DNA of 63,404 nucleotides, filler included, from Conidiobolus incongruus B7586 (Eukaryota): NCBI GenBank assembly GCA_000697335.1. It is 8 parts of 8 records of this genome, joined end to end, with 100 filler letters (N's around TTAATTAATTAA, not from the genome) between each part and the next. Parts side by side here need not be neighbours in the genome. Positions count along the whole stretch, not along the records: positions 11,753 to 17,990 come from JNEM01007412.1; positions 18,091 to 33,663 come from JNEM01007413.1; 6 more parts are not named here. One strand, 5' to 3'. Shown piece by piece: positions 13,264 to 25,997 of this stretch (position 1 is its first letter; each line of letters starts with the position of its first letter). The notes under the pieces were generated by a model. It saw only the letters and a program-made list of their open reading frames with translations, ran no database searches and was not told where the DNA came from. The position numbers and the translations under genes were made by a program.

Positions 13264-13524
13264 ATGAAATGGTCATTAATATTATTCTTCATTATTAGTG
13301 CAAACGGTTTTGCTGTAAGTGTCCCAGAATTTGGTGAAGGTGTCAATCATCTAAATCCCCAAATATCCGTCATCAAACCAGTACCTAGAGATGAAGATGC
13401 CTCAAAAAGAAGATGACTCTGAGATCCTTAGGTATACTATCATTGCGCCATAAAATACATCATTATGAATACATTATCAGTCCAAGCTATAGTATGGGAT
13501 TTTAATCATTTTCAGTGTTACTGA
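13264..13524 (+). pseudogene. candidate small secreted peptide gene or pseudogene (50-aa ORF 13264-13416; frame continues through stops to ...FQCY*)
   Basis: MKWSLILFFIISANGFA looks like a signal peptide. The region is a GC-richer island with ATATAAATAG 43 nt upstream. Three in-frame stops fall at 13414-13431. Not in the ORF track because it is under 60 aa. Confidence 0.4.
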
Positions 13525-15209
13525 TGTGATAATCTGATATTCTTTCAAATGAATAAATTGATATTTTCTATGTTGGTTATTGAATAAGAGTATTTTGATT
13601 AAAGTTTCTGTTTTTATGAATATACTATGATTCGATATCCTCCTTGCCACTTTACTAGTTGTCTCGCTAATAAGTATATTAATTCACTTTTATTGTCTAT
13701 TTTATTCGTTCATTCTTATATAATATATATCAGATCCAATCAAGGTGTTAAAATTTTGAAGAATATAATTATTTTGATATTGAGTAATATTCAATTTGAT
13801 TTTAATATAAAATTCACGATATATAAAAACTAAATATTATTTAATTAATTTATATTTTAAGTTGAATTCTTAATACAATTATTAATTATTAATAAATTCT
13901 CTAATATTTACACTGAATTTATTAAAATTTATTCAAATTGATTCAAGTAAATTAGCTACTTTTTAAATTTTATATTGTTTGGAATAAAATATAAACTATG
14001 AATTTAACATAAAATGAAAAAAAAAGATTTTAGAAAATAAATATTTAGTATTCATATATATATACATATATATAGTGACTAATATCAAATTCCTATAATC
14101 TAATTTGAGAAATTATTTTTAGATTGAATAAATCAATATAATAATATCATTTATTATAATATTATAATCTACATGAAATTAAATATATTTAAATAATATA
14201 TTTATTCAATTTTTATATTAAAATTAATATAATTGCACTTTCATCAATACATATAATAAATTGATCAATTTGATGGGAGTTGAAAAAAAATTAAATATTA
14301 TATAAGGCAGTAATAATATTAAGTTTTCACCTTGATATATAATATATAATATAAGTATAAATAAAATGATTTATAAACATCTACTTTAATCTCAAGCTCA
14401 TCATTAAAGTTAATTTGTTTCTATAAAATATCCTAAGCTCTAAAACAGATATTACCATTTTTAACTAATTATTTGATTTGAATATTTGAATTATATTAAA
14501 ATTGAGAGTGAGAAAGATAATTATAACCTATAAATGATTATAATATTTATTTATTTATTTATTTCCAAAGAGGAGATTGGATTAGAGATATTAATATCTT
14601 ACCTTGTATCATGTTATAATATAATAGTAAAACCAAAGTTTAATGTTGATTAAATTAATAATATAATTTGGTCAGTTTCAAATTATATCAAGCCATTGTT
14701 AGAATTTCACATATATTATTCTGATTGTTTATTACATTTTATTAGAAATTTAAAAAAAATAAATCTGAGAAATCTTATTGTTCTAGATATTGTCGTATCA
14801 CTTGCAGTATCAGGTCAGGCCAATATAATTAGTGTGATATAGTAATAATAATATCCAGATGTTATCTATGAATCATTGACATAAAGTATATAAAAGTTTC
14901 TTGAAAATCAAACTAATTAAAATTTTAATTGATTTAAAGAATTTATTGATTTCTGTATATAATTAAGAAATAATTATAATAATTCCATGATATTTAGACA
15001 AAGTTTACCAGGATATTGTTATATTTCAATTTGAATTTTAGCTATTGATAATATTTAATATAAAAATAATAATATAAAATCACGAATATTTTACAATTCA
15101 AATTCTAAATACCCAATAATTCATCTTGTTATCAAAATATATCTATTATATTGCCATTAAATTGTTGAATATACTATGATCTCAAATGAATAATTAACAT
15201 TTAACTTTA

Positions 15210-15536
15210 TTATCTCGAAATACATCTCCATCCATCAGAAATCAACTTCTGGATCATTTTACTTCTCAAATCCTTATCACCACATTGATACGATAAAGTT
15301 TTGACCATTTGTTGAATATCATGGCTCTCTAACCTACACTTATATTCTTTCTTAATCGCTTTGGGACTATCGAGAGGCAATTTACAACTGTCATCATTGT
15401 CAGCTGAGCATACTGTCGGCCACAAGGGATCTTGGATATTGATTACGATTTGATTCACACCTTGAGGACATTTAGATTTGCTAACGATTGGAAAGATATG
15501 GAATAAGATTAAAATTGAAAATTTAAGAAGAATCAT
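15210..15536 (-). CDS. small secreted cysteine-rich protein, 108 aa, unknown family
   Basis: Hydrophobic N-terminus MILLKFSILILFHIFPIVS and six Cys spaced C-19-C-7-C-15-C-17-C-19-C. GC-richer than its flanks; ATATAAATAG lies 54 nt upstream on the minus strand. Confidence 0.8.
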   Translation of the reverse strand: MILLKFSILILFHIFPIVSKSKCPQGVNQIVINIQDPLWPTVCSADNDDSCKLPLDSPKAIKKEYKCRLESHDIQQMVKTLSYQCGDKDLRSKMIQKLISDGWRCISR

Positions 15537-16633
15537 GAGTTGAAATAAAGTAATAGAAAAATAAAGTTGAATTGAATAATAATTATTTGACTATTTATAT
15601 ATTAAATTAATATTAATCAATGTTTATCTTTATTTAATCTCAACAATAATTTGTTAATTTATCTAAATTTATCAATTTATCACGTTTTTTTTTGAGTTAT
15701 ATTAAATCAATTTCAATATAATAATTTTAATTTAAATTTAAATAATTTTTTAGATTGTATATAGCAGTTCAAATCTTATAAGTAATTATTTTGATTATTC
15801 ATAAAAATAATGTTAAAAATTGTAATTGCGAATAATATTGATTTGATAGTTGATTGAAATTATATCAATTTAACACAATATACAATGAATTTAATATTTA
15901 TTTCAAATATAATTGTCATTAACCTCAATTGTTAAATTAATCTATTGAATATTTGATCTCAAATTATTTAACAGTTTTGTCATTATTGTTGAAATTTATA
16001 ATAAGATGTTAGATAGTAAATTATTTAAATAGTTGATTCAGTGAATATATTGATTGTTTTCCTAATTTTGTTCACATCCAAATAAGGAAGTGGTGAACCC
16101 AAATGGCTAATTGCAGTGAGTTAACGTGATCACTTCTCATAAATTTCATGATACCATGTCAACCAATTATACACAGTATGATGATGTAAGATCTTTGAAA
16201 GTTCATCAAATTGTACTTTGACTTTTAAAACATAATCATAAAGCTATTAAAAGTTAGAAAATTTTATTTATTTATATTATATAAGCAGTTTCAAATATTT
16301 TAAGAACTATTTTTTAACTTAACTACTCTAGCAATCTAAGATAGTTAAAAAATTAGGTGGTGAGATTATTGACAAGTTGCTAGTGCTCACCAACACATCT
16401 TACCAGGAGTGTTTGAGAAACAGTTGGTTGATGTTATATCTAACTAGTATTTTGTGGCAAACTTATAATATGAACCCCATTAAACCTGGCAAATTATTTA
16501 TTAATTAATAATATAAATATAAGATAGATAATGATTTAATTATGATAATTTTAATAATATATTAATATTTATAATTAATAAGATAATTTTTATTTTGTAT
16601 TTTTAAATATTAATATTAGAAAAAATAATAATA

Positions 16634-16802
16634 TACTAACTTGCAAAAGTAAGTTATAAAATCAAAAATATATTTTTTTTAATTAATAATTAAAATTATT
16701 ATATATATTTGATTATTTAAAACTATAATATATAATTAAAATATATTATTATATAATAAATTAATATGTTTAGATATATTTAGTAAGCTATTAGCAAAAA
16801 TA
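16634..16802 (+). mobile_element. terminal fragment of Tc1 family A, interrupted by a mariner insertion
   Basis: TA|TACTAACTTGCAAAAGTAAGTTATAAAATCAAAAA and the next ~140 bp are the reverse complement of about 2221-2389. Confidence 0.85.
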
Positions 16803-17990
16803 TTATTCTGTATTTTTAATAATGGGAATTTTTTGTGATTAAAAATAAATAAACATTTGAATATATGATATATAAAAATAAATATATAATTTAAATTTAA
16901 TAGTTTCTTTTATTATTAATAACTTTTTGCTATACTTTTGGCAAACTTCTAATACCTAAAAAATAGTTCTTTTTATTAAGGACTGAAATTTGATGTTTCA
17001 CAAACCAATTAAATTTTCCTGCAAAAATTTTCTTTCTTGTAAGCTGGTTTTTTAATTGCCTAAAGCAATTATAATCACATAGGTTATAATCAAAGGAATA
17101 TACTGGATGTGGGAGTTTTTTCCAGTTATTTTGAATTAGAAAGTTTTTTACAGCTTTAGATTTATGTATTTTGCAATTATCATGCAAAATAATAGGTTTT
17201 CTCAAATTATATTGAGAACACTAATTAGAAATACTTTTATTTAAAAAAGCAATATATAGTTTACTATTAATGGATTTTCCTTCAGGAACTAAATAAGAAT
17301 AGCATATACTATTATAATCTATTACAATAATTAACATTTGCTTATTAACAAAATGTTTATTTAAAGGGATTTATAAAGGGGGTTAATTTAACTTAATCTA
17401 GCATCTTGATTTGTGTTTTAATAAAGGATTATACATAGGGATTTAAGATTCATCAATTGTAATTATTTGCTGTAAAAGTCTAGGCTTCTGGTAATATTTC
17501 AATAAGTTTTGTTTAGCAATAGCTACTCTAGCTTTTTTTTAAGCTTTAGTTAAATTATAAGGTATTTATTTTACATTTGTATTTATTAATTTTAGTTTAA
17601 ACTTTAAAATATATAAAATACTTATAAGAATAATATTAAAGTGTTTAGATAATTCTCTAGCTGAAATAAAAAGATGCTTTTCAATATATTTTTTCACTCT
17701 ATTTACAATTGAAAGAATAACAGTTAAAGTTAACTATTTAGATTTTAGCAGGTTTTGAATAGTTTCTCTCCTAGCTTTAAAGTAATTTACCTAGCAATAA
17801 ATTGTTAGTTTAGATAATACTTCATTACTAAAAGCTACTTGTAAATTTTAAATAATTTTAGAGGGTTTATGGTTAAGTTTTACTAATACCAAAATAAAAA
17901 ACTTTTGATGATTACTATTTGATTTAAGCATGATTAAATTAAACAACCAATTTTAAAAAGTTAATTTTTTAATCAAAAAAACTAATATAT
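16803..17990 (-). mobile_element. mariner-like family C copy, least degraded catalytic domain, cut by the contig end
   Basis: ORF 16930-17205 reads LHDNCKIH...WKKLPHPVYSFDYNLCDY, with 34 residues between the second and third catalytic Asp (DD34D). The N-terminal mariner HTH remnant starts at the ATG near 17931. Confidence 0.93.
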
Positions 17991-18090
17991 NNNNNNNNNN
18001 NNNNNNNNNNNNNNNNNNNNNNNNNNNNNNNNNNTTAATTAATTAANNNNNNNNNNNNNNNNNNNNNNNNNNNNNNNNNNNNNNNNNNNN
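17991..18090. other. artificial contig-joining linker
   Basis: N44-TTAATTAATTAA-N44. Confidence 0.97.
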
Positions 18091-19432
18091 TTATTATTAT
18101 AATATAAATTTAATAAAATTATTTAAATAATTAAATTTTATTTAATTTTTGAAAATAAAAGATTAAAAATTATGATAAAATATATATCATATTTATATTT
18201 ATTCAAATAAAATATAAATGTATATCAAAAATTTTATTTTTAACTTAATGAATTAAAAAAATTAAAATTTGAGTAAATAATATTAATATCAAAATTTAAA
18301 TTAATTATTAATTTAAATTTACAAAAAAATAATTTCATAAAAAACAAGTCATTAAAAAGTAAAAATGATTATTTGATTATAATTATCTAATATTGAAAAA
18401 TATTAGATTCTATCATATTATTTTAATATTACAAATTAAAATTAAACACAAAAGAATTGCAACAAAATTTTCGATAACTATTATAGATGATAAATTTAAT
18501 AATCATATTAACTAATTATAATTCAAATTATATTATTTTGAACCATAATGGATTCAATGATTTGTTTATCTGCTAAATAATATATTAAATCATCAAATAA
18601 TAAAATCGCAATGATTCATTAATTAAAAACTAATAAATTAATAAATTAATTATAATTTAAAAATAATTAATATTAAATAATATCAAAATTGACTTGATTG
18701 ATAATACTTAAAGGCTTTGACACTATAATGATAATAGTATTGTTTCAAAATTATTAAATTAGATTAAAATAAGATTCAAACTAATTTATAGGTTTAAATG
18801 ATTGTAATATTCAAATACTGCCTTTATGCATCATATTGATAAAAATATTAAAAATTAATAATATTTTTCATATATGTAATAATTTCAGTATTAGAATAAT
18901 TTGATTGTTTAAACATTATTTGAAGTGAATATGTATTTCTTAATTTGAAAATTTTTTTCTGAATCATATCAATTGTTCAAATATTTTAAATTTGATAATT
19001 TTTCACTAAGTTTCCGATCCAAAATTGTTTCAAAATATATCAATCCTTTTTCAAATAATAAATATATATTTTATTCATGTATGTATCAACTAATTCCTTG
19101 AAATTGACTTTGAAAAAATTATCAAAATTCTATCAAAATAAATAAAAAAGTTGATTTAATGGACAGTCATTTGAAAGAATTTAACCAATATTATAATCAA
19201 TTTTATAAAATATTCAAAAACTATTGATTAATCAAAGGTTAATTTTATTATTTATAAAAATATTATTATTATTATTATTAATATTATGATTATGATTATA
19301 ATTAATGATTGTTATTAAAAGTGTGAGAAAAAAATAAATAAAGCTAAAAAATTGGTTGAAAACGTAGCGATGATGGTGGTAATTGTGAGGAGATGAATTC
19401 GTAAAGCTTTGAAATTTTGGAGAGATAGGCGA

Positions 19433-22400
19433 TTAATTGGCTTTAGATGAGTTTGCATTCTTCTTCTTGGATTGAACATAGTTTTCGCAGCGTTTGAGAA
19501 TGGCTTCCGGTGTGATTTCCATGCCCTCTTCGATAAGTTCTACCTCAGAGAGAATTTCCGATACGCTGTCGGGTACCTCCCAAAATTCATCCTGATAGTT
19601 AAGGATGGTGTCGATGGTCTCGATCGCCAGGAACGATTCGTCCTTCGTGAGGTCTTTGTTGTTACCATATAATATGTTGGGCGTGATGACTGTAGCTAAA
19701 TTGGAGAGACCCATTTTACTACCCTTGTCGTCACCAACATTCGCAAATTCTGATACCCACTTGAGGAATACAAATAAACATTCCATCGTGTCGCGATTGG
19801 CTCGAGGTAAGAGACAGCAAGCGAGATGGAGAGCTTTTTTACGAGTTTCCATACCATCAAGTTCTAAATAATAAGAAATTAATAAAATATATCATGTGTA
19901 TTAATTAATTCAACTTACTTTGAATCGAAACGAAGAGTTTGTATAACTTAAATGTAAAGAGAGGATCGGGTAACATGTTCAAAAATTTCTTCAAAAGAGC
20001 GGCTACTTGAATAGCATTCTCCGATGAGAGATCCACATTGGTTGGATTGCGATCGATCGCTTCAATTAATTCTTTAAGTCGTCGAATATTGCCATTTTTA
20101 CGGAAGATACCTTCAACCGACATATCTTTCGTCTTAAGCACTTGGATCATATGATCCACAAAGAAAGGAATACGTAGTGGCTCTGGTCCCGCTCCCAATC
20201 TGGAGTCAATGCCATTTCTTTCGGTCAGAATCTCTAGCGGAACACCAAACATGCCATCAACCTTCTTATTGGGAGTACGCATACCTGCCTTAAATCTGGA
20301 CCAGAAACTGGATTTACGGGATCCTGTAAGTTCCAAAAGTTCATCTATGGTATAGAATTGCTCAACGTAGGGTGCAAGACATAATACTGCTAAATGTTTT
20401 ACAATAAAGAATTCTAATTGGGAAAGTTGGGAAAGATAGCTGATCTTTTTAGGAGGTACATTTTTAGCGGCTTCAGAATCTTCAATGTTTTCAGGCTCAT
20501 CCGTAATATTGGAGGGATCTTCAAATGTGTAAGACTCAATCTTAGCACGCGTTTGACTCGATGTACGCTGACGTTCGAGAGATATTGATTGAGATTTCTT
20601 GGCTTGGACGAGCAGTGATAGGTTATGAATAGATGTAACATGACTAGCTGATCGTCCTCTATTGCGAGGTGCATTGGCGGCTTGTTCAGCCTTTTCAGCT
20701 TCGGATGGGGGAAGAGGTGTTAAAGTAAATTCATCATTGACTGGATCTTCAGCGGATTCATAATCAGTGTCAAGATTCTGATCTCGGTATTTAATTCTAT
20801 TGACTCTAGATAAAGTGCGCTGAGATGCTTCTTCAAATTGGGCGGATGGTTTAGGTACTGGAGAAGGTTCTTTGTTATCCATCTTTGGATCAATAGAATT
20901 AAGTAATGCGTATAATCTTCGGAGAGAAAGGCGAAGAAGGAAAGAATATTGATCTAAATCTGTAACTCTTTTGAACCCAGTTTTTTCATCTGGAGTTGCA
21001 CAACTTTTACAATGAACAACTCCCTTGTTGGTATCGAATGTAGCTTCATCATATCCAATAGCGATACCTCTTGTACATTTGGTACATCTTAAACAATTAG
21101 GATGCCATCTTCGTTTTCCATACCTAAAACATCTCTCTTCAACGGTTTCGCGACAGAAATAACAGAGTTCGGAAGCAATATCAGCTTCAAGTTTAGCCAG
21201 CATCCTCCATTGTTGGGCTTTTTCGCGATCCGCATGAACTGCTAACATTCTCAGAAGATTAGACACTGCTGTGCGAGAACCATAAACACGTTCCTAAAAT
21301 AGTAAAAATGTTTAAAGAGAGTTAAACAAAAAACAAACAATAATATTACAAGTTTTAAAGCACCGACTAAAGCCACTCTAATTAAACTTTTGAGATAATG
21401 AGCGACACCTGTGACGAGAGGGAACAATTCCTGAGCAATACCCATTGGATTTTTGATATATCCTTTAGATTGGGACAATAACGAGAAAAATCCAATGACT
21501 TTCCTGCAGAGAAGTTTAGGCTCTTGGTTAAAAGCTAAAAATGTTTCCAATTGGTTAAATAAATATAAAATATAAAATATATGGAATACCTAAAGAATCT
21601 TCATTTTGGTTTAAATGCGCTTCAATACGATCGATTGCCGTGAATAAAATTTCAACATGAATGGTGAATTTTTCGGCCATTTTTACGCCGTCTCTATAAT
21701 TCCCGTGAGATACGTGAATTAACATATCGGAAATGCAGGAAGCTGAAGACTCTTCAAATCCCGATAGAGTAGACCAGATGTATTGCGCTTTAACTTCCGT
21801 TTTTTCTTGCTCTCGTCGCAAATCTTCTACAGTCATATTCCCGTCTAATGATTAATTTGGAGATTAATTCCCAAGATGAAACTGAATTAGAATATTAGAA
21901 TAACCTTTGGCAGCTGCAAAAGCTTTTGGAGGACCCAATTTAACATTCCAAAACTATTCAAAATTTTAAAAAAATTAGAATAAAAGGTGTTGATTCTTAA
22001 TAAGAAAAATGAATTTTAGAGTTCTTACTTTACTAATCATATAACATTCCGGATGCCATCTCAAATTTTGGTCATTTTGTTTCGTTTCAACAAATTTACG
22101 GATAATAGGAACTTCACAACCCGCACATTTAGTTGCAGCGTGAAGAGAATAGTGGTAGTGACATAAAACTTGACCTTCATGCTCATAATAAGAGTCGTTA
22201 GGTCCGAAAGCTGTAGAACATTCGGAGCAAGTAAAGTGATCAACGTGATATTTTTTACCGCAAGCTGTAATAAATTGACCTTGGATTAAACCTTGACAAG
22301 TGTGACAAACGTGTCTCATCCTTCTATAATAATCTTTCTCGCATAAAGGATATAATTTCCCATCTTGACCAGTTACTGAAACGTATTTGGTACTAACAAC

Positions 22401-22686
22401 TTCTGAACAGTCCTAAAATTTTATTATTATTTTTATATAATTTTTTATTATTATAGTAATAAATAAAAATATAAAGAATAAAATTATCAATTAATAAATG
22501 AGTAAAAATTAATAATAGATAAATTATTACTAGGCATTGAAAACAGTCGAGATGGTAATAACCTCCCAAAGCTCTCACAAATAAACCCTCCATACTTTTA
22601 CCGCAATGGGAGCATTGATGGTTAAAAGGTGTGGCCTTCGGCAATGAAGAGTATTCCACCTTCGTTATTGAAGTATCCGGCACCAT
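19433..22686 (-). CDS. LRG1: LIM-domain Rho GTPase-activating protein (Lrg1 / S. pombe Rga1 family), 7 exons, ~944 aa
   Basis: Exons 22686-22531, 22412-22029, 21953-21905, 21844-21590, 21534-21350, 21293-19919 and 19863-19433 are joined by GT-AG introns of 118, 75, 60, 55, 56 and 55 nt with consistent phases (2835 nt). N-terminal LIM zinc fingers, family blocks FWNVKL, LSGFEESSASCISDML and ALKLER, a further LIM, and a C-terminal RhoGAP (EGIFRKNG, AALLKKFL, SKMGLSNLATVITPNIL). Confidence 0.92.
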
Positions 22687-23901
22687 AACTTATTGAATAT
22701 TACTTAATAAAATTGAACAGTACTCAATATTAAACCCAGTGATAATAATACTATTCACACAACGAATTAACTATTTTTCAAATATAATAATACTGATAAA
22801 TTATAACTCAAAGAATAATATTGAAAAAAATACTATTATAATTATAATTATAATTATTAATATTATTTTAAAAAAATTATTAAATGACAAAAAATATTAA
22901 TTGATAAAGATTAAATAATAATAAAACAACAATAATAACAACAATCTTAAAAACAGACTAAATTAAATTTTGAATTTTTAAGAATCCCTCAATTATTTTC
23001 AATATTATTCGTCAACTCAAGGAAATTTTATCTGAATTAAACTAAATTTAATAATGATTTTATTGGTTGAATGCTTGAGGTATTGTTTACAATATCTCAG
23101 ATTTTTTTTAACTGTTTGTTGGTATTTTTTGTATTTGACTATTGTATTGTTATAGTCTGTTTGGTTAGAGTATTTAATATTCTTTAGCATTTATTAAATG
23201 CTCAATCTTTACAAGTGAGCTAATTCAATATTTTTCAACAATTGAATACACAGAAATCATTCAATATCCAACATTTTACCAAATACATTAACAACTATGA
23301 ACCCCTTGATTTTGTGGAGTGATTAAAATTTACATTTCAAATAATCCATATTTATCATTCCCAATAAAAATTTCATTATGAATTAGCATATTTTATTAAA
23401 ATTATAATATATTAATATTGACTAGTATATAAAATAGTAACTGAATTGATAATACATTCCCAAAATTAAATTGATTATATGGATCTGTTTCGGATTCATA
23501 GAGTTATAGCAATGAGATCCTTAAACCAATTTAATCGGAAAATGTGTATCGAATGTTTGGATTTTAAGTCTAGTTACCAAGTTGGTCACTTGGAATGTAC
23601 TACATTAATCCAGGTCTTAACTATTCAACTTGTTGAAATAGATAATTTTTGTCAAAGTTCTCTGTATTATTAGATATATAATATTGGATGCTGATTTAAG
23701 TCTAAATGCTCAAGTATGATTATGTTAAACTATACATTAACATTATCAATGATTTAAATTATATTATATTAAAATAGATAGTATTATTTTAATTAGAAAC
23801 TATTAAATAATTAAAATGATGTAGAAAATAAATAAATATATAATTAAAAAAATAAATTTAATTGTCTAATTTATAAATTATTTGATGAAGATATGATTTA
23901 A

Positions 23902-24882
23902 TTATAAATCTTCTGGATCCAATCCACTCGCAACAGCTTCGATTTCTCTTTGCTTCTTTTCGGCCATTCTCTTGCTGGCGAGCTCCACTTTCTGTTGTTC
24001 GGCAATCTTCTTGTCCATTTCTCTCAATCTGAAGCCTTCTTCACCGGCTTTGCTCAAGACGCCGAGGACAAGTTGGAGGGCACGGATGCTATCGTCGTTA
24101 CCGGGGATAGGGTATGTAACACCAGTGGGATCTTGATCGGAGTCGATGATACTGATGGTGGGGATATTGGCCTTGGTAGCTTCAGCAATAGCTCTCTTAC
24201 TGCTGGAATAGTTCATGACGACCAAAAGATCAGGAGTGTGGAAATATTTGCCACCAGCATCCAATTCAACGGTATCGGGGTCACGTTCATAGTATTGACT
24301 GTGTTGTAAGACGACATCTCTGTTGGTAATGGTACCAGGAACCCAGCGTGTGTATTGATAGTAAGCTCTTGAACGCTTGGCAGCTTCAATCGTAGATTCT
24401 GCTAACTGGGGCATATGACTCAAAAAGAGAATAATACCACCAGCTCTGCTGACATCCTTGACAACACCACAAGCTCTCTTAAGATGAGCGAGAGTCAATT
24501 CTAAATTGAAAATACTAATACCAGCTCTTGTACCGTAAATATAAGGCAAGTTCTTTTGATTTAAAATTTCGGCATTGGCACCAAGATGAAGACCTGACTC
24601 CAACATTTGAGCCATTGTTAATTCGTAAGAAGATTGATAATTTTGGGATTGGTAAGGTGAACGGTGTAATTGTTGAGTACCAATTTGGTGATATTCGGGA
24701 ATTAACTCACTTAATCTCTTGTTAATATCAATATTTTGGTTGGTGATATTCCCAGTGTTTAAGCTCTCTAAAATGCTGTTGACGGGATTTTGAATTTGTT
24801 GGTAAGATTTTGTCAAAGTTTGAAATTGTCTCAAACCTCTAAATTGTTTAGTTGTTTCCAATAAATTACGATATAATCTCAT
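23902..24882 (-). CDS. MRP4: mitochondrial small-subunit ribosomal protein uS2m, 326 aa, intronless
   Basis: Bacterial-type S2 motifs GLHLG, PYIYGTRAGISIFNL, RWVPGTITN, PDLLVV, EATKANIPTISIIDSD, YPIPGNDDS, plus an N-terminal presequence-like extension. Confidence 0.93.
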   Translation of the reverse strand: MRLYRNLLETTKQFRGLRQFQTLTKSYQQIQNPVNSILESLNTGNITNQNIDINKRLSELIPEYHQIGTQQLHRSPYQSQNYQSSYELTMAQMLESGLHLGANAEILNQKNLPYIYGTRAGISIFNLELTLAHLKRACGVVKDVSRAGGIILFLSHMPQLAESTIEAAKRSRAYYQYTRWVPGTITNRDVVLQHSQYYERDPDTVELDAGGKYFHTPDLLVVMNYSSSKRAIAEATKANIPTISIIDSDQDPTGVTYPIPGNDDSIRALQLVLGVLSKAGEEGFRLREMDKKIAEQQKVELASKRMAEKKQREIEAVASGLDPEDL

Positions 24883-25439
24883 TTTGAATTCTTATTCTAG
24901 ATCTATTATTAGTATTTTGAATGATAAAAATTTTAATCTATAAACCTTAGAATATATATAATAAATAAATAATTGAAAATTTTTATAAATTTAACAAAAA
25001 AATTATTTTAAATATTATACTTAATTATTTAAAAGTATCTATTTTTATGTAAATTTTCAAATAGTTTATTACTAGGTTTTTTGCTAAAATTTATAAATTG
25101 ATTTAATTATTAATCTCAAATTATGGGATGTAAATTTGATTTTGAAATATCAGCAGTATTGATCATAAGTTATAACCAAACATCAAAATATTAAGACTAA
25201 ATATGAAATAATAACAACTTTAATATCTGGTATTTAGTGATCAATTAACTTTTTGATATACATAAAATTTTAATTTTCTCTTCTAATATTTTTTTCATAC
25301 TAATAAAATTTTGATTCGAGTATGAATCATTTTTTTTTAAAATATATCAATATCTTATTTGAAAAAATTGTTTATATATAATGCAATAATAAATTTCGTA
25401 ATTTAATAAAATTTTCCCTGCTTTTCGAAAATATACTGG

Positions 25440-25467
25440 ATATTCAATATTCAATATTCAATATCCA
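25440..25467. repeat. short tandem repeat (ATATTCA) x ~4
   Basis: ATATTCAATATTCAATATTCAATATCCA read directly. Confidence 0.7.
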
Positions 25468-25585
25468 AATAATTTGAATAGAAAATTTTTGGTATTTAAT
25501 TAGTCATGTTCAAGCTGCTGGAAACTAAATACATGGTTGAAAACTTTAAAACATTATAATTGTGTCGGGTGTTAACACTGACAAC

Positions 25586-25997
25586 AATGGGCTTTACGGG
25601 CTTAAACGGGGAATCGCCAGTGGTAAACGATAAATTACCACGTAATTAAGGGAAATTATTGGGGTTCACCAAAGTAGGTGAAAATGACTTGTTACGAATC
25701 GGGTTCTTTGAATAAAGTAAATATCTCACGCTCGTCACGACTCAACACTTTTGTGAGGGTTACGAGAAAAACTTAGAGACGGTATACTTTTGAAAATGAA
25801 GATAGAAGATGTGTTTATTAGTTTGCTTGTGATAATCTTATATTAGGTTCCATTGTTGATTTTTGTGGACATGAACAACTTACGGGCAGAAAGTAATAGG
25901 ATCAATTAGTTCATGGGGTGTGATATCTCCAATGTGACTTCTCGAATCCTGCGGTAATCGGAGTTTCTTGAGTAATTGACAGGATTATTCTCCATCA
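25586..25997. repeat. unclassified dispersed ~400-bp repeat, copy 2 (CpG-rich, best preserved)
   Basis: GC-richer island with stops in all six frames. Same orientation as 5305-5704, inverted relative to 55766-56150. Confidence 0.8.

Noticed and set aside
13627..13833. 68-aa ORF
   Set aside because: Ile/Asn/Lys/Phe-rich composition expected from random AT-rich DNA; no motif.
16060..16500. GC-richer patches without ORFs (also 190-380, 14760-14880, 50300-50640)
   Set aside because: Probably old gene or TE relics, but I could not assign a family or find a second copy.
19258..19315. (ATT)n and (TA)n microsatellites here and at ~30105, ~31018 and ~44188
   Set aside because: Ordinary low-complexity DNA at this base composition.
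19472..19871. Overlapping or antisense ORFs on real genes (also 20414-20674, 22061-22243, 23950-24309, 24528-24725, 27788-27982, 28222-28479, 28645-29220, 29345-29527, 58256-58531)
   Set aside because: Shadow frames of the LRG1, MRP4, CENP-C-motif and secreted-protein coding sequences; no independent support.
23479..23673. 64-aa ORF in a slightly GC-richer patch between LRG1 and MRP4
   Set aside because: No recognisable motif or signal peptide; may be a relic, but no second copy was seen.
25560..25700. RNase MRP/P RNA suggested by ACAA..GGGCTT
   Set aside because: No upstream GARAG/P4 partner in the right order; the region is explained as one of three dispersed repeat copies.
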